Source: a virus. From it: DNA of 64,000 nucleotides. Both the position numbers and the translations under genes were made by a program. The stretch is taken from IMG/VR virus record IMGVR_UViG_3300025141_015556; one strand, written 5' to 3'. The notes under the pieces are model-generated. The model was not told the origin of the DNA and made no database searches. It saw nothing but the letters and a program-made list of their open reading frames with translations. Of the stretch, positions 58,201 through 64,000 are shown in pieces (position 1 is the stretch's first letter; each line of letters begins with the position of its first letter).

Positions 58201-58509
58201 TAGGGAGGGCCCCGACTTGCGCATGACCGATCTCATATAAGACGTGTTGTTTAATAATCTTTCAAGTGTACGCCGAGTTGATACCAAACAAATACACACC
58301 ATTAGCCTATTCCTAATAGCTTTGCTATCATGCCATTTTTTTCTTTTTCTACTGTTTTTGAGAGATTTTAATAATATCTCCATGCTTAAGCCAACAGTGT
58401 TATTGTCAATGGTATTTAAAACGGCCGATTGCAAAAAAGGAACCGGCAATATATTATTAAAGGAATTGCTGCTTATATTCGGCATTACAATCGCTGTATT
58501 GGCTGCCAT
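55282..58509 (-). CDS. Large virion protein with Gly-rich C-terminal tail
   Basis: 1075-aa ORF; WAGPVH...MAGASH motif; ends GGGGTGGGGTGGGGGMGGY. Confidence 0.65.
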   Translation of the reverse strand: MAANTAIVMPNISSNSFNNILPVPFLQSAVLNTIDNNTVGLSMEILLKSLKNSRKRKKWHDSKAIRNRLMVCICLVSTRRTLERLLNNTSYMRSVMRKSGPSLNVKKIYLDFDAIDKSSTDNNVEIINMDLGEAIESVKMSVKTSVPTKSIAKEGYLACLITPYLAPQQKHSFCYDGSFTTGLSNEKGKLGFVMGETRIESLLRGGKPPSTSLLFTLEDSISGTPGQVWAGPVHYYRPPPLLPGTRVRPPGSFMAGASHDHTRPHSKLNMKQVANKKILDLRFKKNGATQFKKYKSINERLQNRFQTKSNIFKNGITKQRSYFSPILFSTEPRLFGDQEGARPIAGGAVKFFFAFNAASVARDGARFSYLYNNNSTLAEAIQIHEIDVYRKRVRWQPGISELAGAPRATSNYDRNQKEELVCKLTDGSLKQLQSTNTPAGIFQFVGSDLSAGRFKTGLYQYRAYVTYTDESSKKLTDAVDRLSSDFAQYTSYVRLATYSPGFNTSTNSFDKKIIDYLYTTTTSWSDVVNSYLGVTLDLFGSEALQGTSIDEWQRNLLILTDPRSATPSSLLIMEKIVQELLSTLTRQISSTSPITCSLTNGETLNFSSKIHGAQRNFTPVPVVLSHKFSSAYDANQLNLGRNYINDLEQRPGVLSSIGYTKWRARISREKKYYAGVSFNEASINVNGYLSLESIVTPQKTISRQEMTFENGLPLLKNKLDPVGENIFNDASDLSIKSDILTLNGISIRPLRVDIKDVLESDQGCLSYIDSKDVFGADSNFVLEDKTSTAACSGPSGDSIPGDDEVKIEGASTDDDKILNTDMVDSIINSIPNDFNNNLVVDPSSIGASPAAAALNLNLNDLVEKGSFDFDSKYNSCMIVEYLIGYETGMDGPVVNAPMWKQLDEGDLNRARQGRQALICRLRDTNKVIKGKNVYELPSFNRLFVIGKPKYYPSLQAEPGNSLKNILNALQKNMKKNTVNKANIGVPIEYLSSDETLLNRKMSTFRRPRRTGTSRFGTDSGAGTGGSFANGGRRGAGARPSSRITTRRAGAAGGGRTGGGGTGGGGTGGGGGMGGY

Positions 58510-59510
58510 TAGCAGGGATCCTCCTCTTCTGTTTGATAAAGGTCTCTTTGAAGTGGTAGTCGCTCAGAAGTTCTTGTTACAAAATGTTCATCGGCGCCAG
58601 ATTCCAAAATATAGTTCTGTGGTATTTCATTATCAACCAACACGGTCATATAATAGTCTACGGTTGGTGTCAAATTATCACTATTCCCAATTGAGACTGG
58701 CACTTCTACGGAACCTGGCTCAGTCAAATTAATAAACGACATGCTTTTTAGCGGCTCTCGGGGGCTATTAGGATCTGCAGATCCAGAATAAAACACCTCT
58801 ATATCAAAGTTTTCTTTCATATAATCAGTATTCTCTTCTAAAACTTCAAGGAATAGATAATTTCTCTTAATAGCGAGATAAAGATCAGAATTGATATAAG
58901 AGCCAACCCCTACTGAAGAATTAAACTCACCAGATTTTGCGTATAGCTGATAATCCACCTCAATATTTATTTGTGGTATCTGCTCCACGGGGCCTCCGAC
59001 TTCTGTGGCGCTGAGGCCAGAAATAGATTCATTTCTACTTGTGTATGTATCCGAAGGGGGCGACGCAGCAGACAATTCATTGTGCAAAGCAAATATCGAC
59101 CACGCTGGCACTTTGTCTGTTGATAAGCTGCTATTGCCCAATGGGGCGCCCAAAAGATCAACCTTTTCTTCAAAAGTTTGCTGATTAAAATATTGGGCTA
59201 TATCTGAACTAAGCGGATCTACATTGTTGTTTGTGTACGCGCTCATAAGATTGTCTGTAAATTGATTAACTCTTGTTTCCGCGCTTGTGATTGTTGGAAC
59301 TATTTTAAGTGACGGAGTTTCGTTTTTAATTCTTTGTTCGGCTTCATTTTGATGTTCAAAAAATCCACCATATCTTGAATCATATAATATTTCATCGTCA
59401 AAAAAAGCATAATACTCGGGGCTGAACCGACCCATAGAGAGCAAATATTTACCATATTCAGTAAGTTGAAGATCTATTACCTCTTCTTTTTTATTAAAAA
59501 ATGTTACCAT
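58509..59510 (-). CDS. Virion structural protein (baseplate/fibre-attachment N-terminal type)
   Basis: LQLTEYGKYLLS...YYAFFDDEILYD, paralogous N-terminus to 49974-50891. Confidence 0.6.
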   Translation of the reverse strand: MVTFFNKKEEVIDLQLTEYGKYLLSMGRFSPEYYAFFDDEILYDSRYGGFFEHQNEAEQRIKNETPSLKIVPTITSAETRVNQFTDNLMSAYTNNNVDPLSSDIAQYFNQQTFEEKVDLLGAPLGNSSLSTDKVPAWSIFALHNELSAASPPSDTYTSRNESISGLSATEVGGPVEQIPQINIEVDYQLYAKSGEFNSSVGVGSYINSDLYLAIKRNYLFLEVLEENTDYMKENFDIEVFYSGSADPNSPREPLKSMSFINLTEPGSVEVPVSIGNSDNLTPTVDYYMTVLVDNEIPQNYILESGADEHFVTRTSERLPLQRDLYQTEEEDPC

Positions 59511-59522
59511 CTTGGTTTATCC

Positions 59523-62500
59523 CTAGTAGTCCCTCTTTTTAGAGATTTTTTTTATACGAGCACTTTCTCCTGTTATAAAAGGTTGGCTAATGCTGACCAC
59601 CGGCAAGGAAGAATCCCCACTGGTCTGAGAAGGCTTACTAATGGCGGGCCCCGCCGGATCATGCATGCTCTGGGCCGGGGGGGGCGCCGGATCATGCATG
59701 CTCTGGGCGGGGATGGCCATCTCTGGTAGTGTCTGTGTTTCTAACATTTCTCTCTCTCCCGCCGCAACATTCTTATACTGCGCAGTTGCATCTATCTTAA
59801 TTAGCTCTACTAAAGAGAAATAATCGTATGGCCAATTATAACTATATTTAGAATCATTGTTTGAAGGAACCGCGAATAGATTAGATGTAAGGTCTTTCTT
59901 GATAAGTCTAGTATAATCTTTTGCGCAACGTTTTTTAGCTTTAAATACTAACCACTCAAGGGTGTCGGAACAATTATATATATCATGTATAAGTTCGTCA
60001 TCCTCAATCGTACATCCTGATATTTGTTGTGCGGGGTCGATTGCACACTCCATATCATGATTATTGACCCTACTGGGCAAGAAGTTTTGCCACAATTGTG
60101 CCACTTCTTCTTTGGTAAAGTCCATAGTAAATTCAAAATCATAAAACAATATTGGATCAACATCATTTAACAAATAATCAAATTTTGGTGGCAAAATATA
60201 TTTGTTTAGTATATAAGAAGCTCTTCTTTCTTCCGGTGTGCTCGTCTTTAGTCTATAGAATTGTCGGCGCCCCTTCACCACTGTGAATGGTACTACTATT
60301 ACTGCCTCGCTAAGAGTCAATTTATCTTTTATTTTACCAATCGCCTTTGGCTTGCCCTCTTCAAACCCGACTAATTTTGCCAAAGACTTGGGATTTCTGA
60401 CGCTCAGTGCGAGAACGTTTGCTGGGGTGGAAATTTCAGCAAAAATTCCTGCCTTAGAGTCGGTTATTAATGCGCCCTCTTGATGCCACATGCCTTTAGA
60501 AATAATTCCACTATCACTAGTTAAATTAGTTGGGTCTGCGGGGGCTACCGTGGCAGCATTCGCAAAATTAAGTACCGGTGTTTCAAATTTGCTTTGAATA
60601 AGCCATGCGGGTTGCTCTTCGCCAGTTTCCGAATTAAATACGGGTACCCTCTGCTTAAGATTAAAACTCTCGGATACTTGCTGTGCAAAATAATACCCAA
60701 TAGCGTCGGTGTAGTAGCCCGCTTCCATGCTTCTATCATACACTTGTTCTAGATTTGTAAATATATCTTCTAGATCTGCCTTCCCTGTAAACGATGGAGT
60801 ATAAACAAAATTTACTGTACCAGTGCCATTAAAATATGCCGGCGTGTGGGGAGCAAAGCTACACGAATGTCCGGTTTCCGAGTCACCGATCGGGATCTCG
60901 GCGAGCTGGTCGCCGCGATCTAGAACAAAGGGCGGCCCAAAGGCGCTTCCCCGCTCATACATTTCGAAACTGCTTCTATCGACATAATCATAGCTGGTCG
61001 CGTGCACATCGCTCTGCGTACCTACTGGATCTAAGGTTCTATACAAAGTGAGAGTCATCGCATATTTATCGCCTTGAGTAACCCCCTCACCACTGGGATC
61101 AAAATCATTTTCTCCTACCGATTGAAAAGTGGTTAAATTTTGATTTTGCATGAAGAACTCAGTGACGCCGCATAACCAATTATCAATAGCAAGTTCATAA
61201 ATCTTGCTTCCAAGGCCGTTCCATATGGTTCCATTGTGAAGATAAGATCCGGCCGCGGCACGAACATTAATACTGTTGCCAGATAAACTAGCCGATCTTA
61301 ATCCACAATCATAAATTTTTCCTAATTCGGAACCACTAATTGCCTCGGCTTTTAGATGTTCTCTAGGTCTGTATAATGCTTCAAATGAAATTCTTTGAAA
61401 ATCGTATGCGTTTTGCGACGCATTTTTATTGCTGTTGCCGCTTAAAACTGAATTGTTGCCATATTGAAATTTGCCCTCTGGTAAATCTAATCCAACGGCC
61501 GAATCGACCGCCTGGCCGCAGTTCGCTATATCCGGCTGTGTACTGGGCTCAGAGGCGGTGCAATACGTTACAAAACTGCCAACTGCAATGCCAGATTTAA
61601 TGGTATTGTATAAGATTCCTGGTCCAAAAAGAGGATTCAACATTGCTCTAAATGCGGCCGGGTAATTGCCTGAAACATTATCGCCGTATGATTTTGAAAA
61701 CAGAGTCGCTAATTCTAAAGTTCTTTCAACTGGGTAAAATCCCTTATATGGCAAAAATTGCTTGATCGCAGATGCTTCCAAGCGCAATTTGTGTCGTTTA
61801 ATTGCAGTATTTTCTGTTGAATTTTTTTCAGCGCCGGGGCCCCGCCATTGCCGTCCATTTACATCTCCATCAATAACACTAAAATATTTAAAGAACTCGG
61901 CAGTCCCATAATGTTTATAAAAATTCTTCTCCGAACTGCTCGACAGAGCCGAGCCAGTCAAGTCAAATACATCATCATAATCGGTAAGCCAGTTTTCTTG
62001 GGCTGTGTCAACATAGTCCTCAATGTGTTCACTAATTCTAAATTCAGGAACTATTGTGTGGTCCTTACCAATAAGGCGCAAATATTGACAATAATCTTCA
62101 TATGTTCTATAAGGCGCTCTACCACTTGAAGTAAGATTCCAAGCAGAATCTCCCCCTACAACAGTATTTTCGCCGCGGCTGCCGTTATAACCAACTGGTA
62201 TTCGACTAGCATATACCGCACTAGCGGTTATATCAAGATTGCCAGATAACCCGTACCAAGCGCTATTAGATTGTAATTCGCCGGCCCCATCTTTTATTCC
62301 TAATGAAGGAGGGGTGGTTCTAAAATTGGCATGGCCATCTAGAGGCCAAATACTAGCGCTATCAAGCGAATCCTTAATCGTTGGATGACCCATGGCGGTA
62401 GTTAGAGTGGTGGTAGTTCTGTTTATTCTAAGATCATCCCAAATATTGTCGATAAGATATTGTGTTCTCGCTCGTGTTGTATTTTGATATACATTAACCT

Positions 62501-64000
62501 CGCGAGGATAAATTCTTTCTTTATATTCTATTGCCGAATTGTTTGAAATCAAAGTTTTGTTTTTAAACCACTGATATGCAGGACTCAGTTTAATGTCTTT
62601 ATGTAGATTTAGCCTATTGTTCAAACTTTCATTAGAAAAATAATCTAAGTTGTTCGCCCATGAGACACGCACATCGACGCCATTATATAAAAATAACACA
62701 GGATGATATCTTGACATGATTGGCTGCTCGGTGTATCGATAGGCCGCATTGCCCTGTAGAGAGCGTACTGGAACCACTGTTGTTCCATGTTGATGGCTAA
62801 ATATTCTAGGGTTGGATCTCACCGATAAAATGTTTCTTTCTCTTTGATATCGCGCGATAGGATGCTCCCCTGTTCTAATTCGTTTCCACATGGGATATTG
62901 ATATGGTCCATTGCGATGAAGCATTAGTGCATTAAAATTACTTGCAATGTTGTCAAATCTCACGAAAGCGGTTGCACCAGCATGGGTTGTCGGCCTCAGC
63001 GCGACCATGACATTGTTATTGGCAACCTCGGCCGCGTTATATCCCAACATATTGCCAGATGGATCTGCAGAACAGCTTATGGGCTCGTATACAATCAGGT
63101 TTAAGCCGACAAAATCGCGCGCGATACCCGGCATCGACTCGTCGGAGATCTCATGCGGCGCAATACCAGACGCACTCATAAGTGGCATGCTCGTAGGAAG
63201 ACCAGCGCTTAATTCGGTGTATCCGAATAAAACAGCGCTAGCGGTCAAAGAAGAGGTAACCCAATGATATTGCCTTGCCGATTGTGGTATCGGATGTTGA
63301 ATCCAACCGTTATCTTGAACTGAGGCGGTTATAACATCGTTTGTGAGTGCGTCATAATATGTTAGTGGATCATTAGTAAACTCTAATCGAAGTTTTGTGT
63401 TACGTTGAATCTTGTGGTATGAAGGATTAGATGATACATCCGGATGGGGATGGGCTTTAGTGCCGCGGCCATATAAATCATCCGGAGTGGGCGTAAATAC
63501 CGGATCGCCGCCAAAGCGCGTTGAATGAAGACTAAGTAGCGTTCTAAGCCCTCTCCAGTGGTTCCCTTGATCTTGTGCCTCCATGGCGGTCCATGTTTCC
63601 TCTGAACCGCTAGTCATACTAAATCCAATTAATCCTCTAACAGATAGATTTCTATAATTCAAGTTGTTATAGACGCTAAATTCTTCATGAGGCGGATCCA
63701 AATATCCCCTTGATTGTACTTCAGGCGCCGCGGGCGATATAAATCTATTAACTATGATCGTTTTATTAGAATCGCTTCCCGTTCTTTCCGGTAGTTCATA
63801 ATTTAAAGCACCACTGACATTCGATGCAGCAACCCTGCCGCTGGTGCCCGCTTCAATAAGATTATTTCCTGTAAGAGGGAATCTGCCCCTTGTGGCCGTT
63901 GTTTCAGGGTTGATGGCAAAATCAAATGATTGATCCTGCCAAAATGGATCGTTTGAAGTTCTTCCGCAAGATTGTATAATTTCATAATTATGTGTATAGT
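59523..64000 (-). CDS. Giant virion/baseplate protein, 5'-truncated by the window edge
   Basis: The frame of the 1392-aa ORF stays open from 63701 to 63998 (manual translation YTHNYEIIQSCGRT...); conserved-looking C-terminal YSYNWPYDYFSLVELIKID. Confidence 0.75.
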   Translation of the reverse strand, partial: YTHNYEIIQSCGRTSNDPFWQDQSFDFAINPETTATRGRFPLTGNNLIEAGTSGRVAASNVSGALNYELPERTGSDSNKTIIVNRFISPAAPEVQSRGYLDPPHEEFSVYNNLNYRNLSVRGLIGFSMTSGSEETWTAMEAQDQGNHWRGLRTLLSLHSTRFGGDPVFTPTPDDLYGRGTKAHPHPDVSSNPSYHKIQRNTKLRLEFTNDPLTYYDALTNDVITASVQDNGWIQHPIPQSARQYHWVTSSLTASAVLFGYTELSAGLPTSMPLMSASGIAPHEISDESMPGIARDFVGLNLIVYEPISCSADPSGNMLGYNAAEVANNNVMVALRPTTHAGATAFVRFDNIASNFNALMLHRNGPYQYPMWKRIRTGEHPIARYQRERNILSVRSNPRIFSHQHGTTVVPVRSLQGNAAYRYTEQPIMSRYHPVLFLYNGVDVRVSWANNLDYFSNESLNNRLNLHKDIKLSPAYQWFKNKTLISNNSAIEYKERIYPREVNVYQNTTRARTQYLIDNIWDDLRINRTTTTLTTAMGHPTIKDSLDSASIWPLDGHANFRTTPPSLGIKDGAGELQSNSAWYGLSGNLDITASAVYASRIPVGYNGSRGENTVVGGDSAWNLTSSGRAPYRTYEDYCQYLRLIGKDHTIVPEFRISEHIEDYVDTAQENWLTDYDDVFDLTGSALSSSSEKNFYKHYGTAEFFKYFSVIDGDVNGRQWRGPGAEKNSTENTAIKRHKLRLEASAIKQFLPYKGFYPVERTLELATLFSKSYGDNVSGNYPAAFRAMLNPLFGPGILYNTIKSGIAVGSFVTYCTASEPSTQPDIANCGQAVDSAVGLDLPEGKFQYGNNSVLSGNSNKNASQNAYDFQRISFEALYRPREHLKAEAISGSELGKIYDCGLRSASLSGNSINVRAAAGSYLHNGTIWNGLGSKIYELAIDNWLCGVTEFFMQNQNLTTFQSVGENDFDPSGEGVTQGDKYAMTLTLYRTLDPVGTQSDVHATSYDYVDRSSFEMYERGSAFGPPFVLDRGDQLAEIPIGDSETGHSCSFAPHTPAYFNGTGTVNFVYTPSFTGKADLEDIFTNLEQVYDRSMEAGYYTDAIGYYFAQQVSESFNLKQRVPVFNSETGEEQPAWLIQSKFETPVLNFANAATVAPADPTNLTSDSGIISKGMWHQEGALITDSKAGIFAEISTPANVLALSVRNPKSLAKLVGFEEGKPKAIGKIKDKLTLSEAVIVVPFTVVKGRRQFYRLKTSTPEERRASYILNKYILPPKFDYLLNDVDPILFYDFEFTMDFTKEEVAQLWQNFLPSRVNNHDMECAIDPAQQISGCTIEDDELIHDIYNCSDTLEWLVFKAKKRCAKDYTRLIKKDLTSNLFAVPSNNDSKYSYNWPYDYFSLVELIKIDATAQYKNVAAGEREMLETQTLPEMAIPAQSMHDPAPPPAQSMHDPAGPAISKPSQTSGDSSLPVVSISQPFITGESARIKKISKKRDY
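59652..59708. repeat. 24-bp perfect direct repeat (33-bp period) flanking a G8 tract
   Basis: CGCCGGATCATGCATGCTCTGGGC at 59652-59675 and 59685-59708; encodes AQSMHDPA twice. Confidence 0.9.

Noticed and set aside
59652-59708. Repeat with a palindromic core as a possible mini-CRISPR
   Set aside because: Only two copies, a 9-bp spacer, in-frame within a CDS, and no cas genes
20-63985. Numerous plus-strand ORFs (e.g. 52108-52953, 43930-44457, 58244-58732) and short alternative-frame minus ORFs
   Set aside because: All lie antisense to or inside well-supported minus-strand genes and show no recognisable motifs; treated as shadow ORFs
1-64000. Stop-codon reassignment as seen in some large phages
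   Set aside because: Core genes are intact under code 11; TAG (e.g. 22970, 33006) and TGA (e.g. 13625, 7532) end genes at expected positions with the next gene starting close by
1-64000. tRNA or rRNA genes and a small terminase subunit
   Set aside because: Intergenic gaps are short with no cloverleaf seen; genes upstream of terL (40087-41022) have no motif supporting a TerS call

Overview
A 64-kb segment of a large, distantly T4-like myovirus (jumbo-phage type). Essentially every real gene is on the minus strand; plus-strand ORFs are antisense shadows. In transcription order (right to left) it encodes: giant baseplate/tail-associated virion proteins, a RuvC-like resolvase, primase, a single-chain Mre11-Rad50 (gp47+gp46) fusion, a holin/spanin-like cassette, large terminase, portal, two leader-bearing head proteins, prohead protease, ribosomal protein bS21, two repeat-rich fibre paralogues, scaffold, major capsid, neck proteins, tail sheath and tube, a tail chaperone with a probable programmed frameshift, tape measure, baseplate hub, a replication operon (minimal family A polymerase, tubulin-like protein, gp32 SSB, UvsX/RecA), a leader-bearing P-loop kinase and a truncated Zn-dependent deaminase missing from the ORF track. 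Two promoter classes are visible: sigma70-like promoters before DNA-metabolism genes and a recurring ACTA(T/A/C)TTA element before structural genes. The most unusual signals are (i) an S/T-G/A/S-S/T tripeptide bias in predicted surface regions of virion proteins (a possible modification sequon), (ii) two families of N-terminal leaders ending in FLxE that may route cargo, including an enzyme, into the head, (iii) a +1/-2 tail chaperone frameshift, and (iv) bS21 in a phage with canonical SD/sigma70 signals. All functional calls come from motif recognition by eye; no database search was run.
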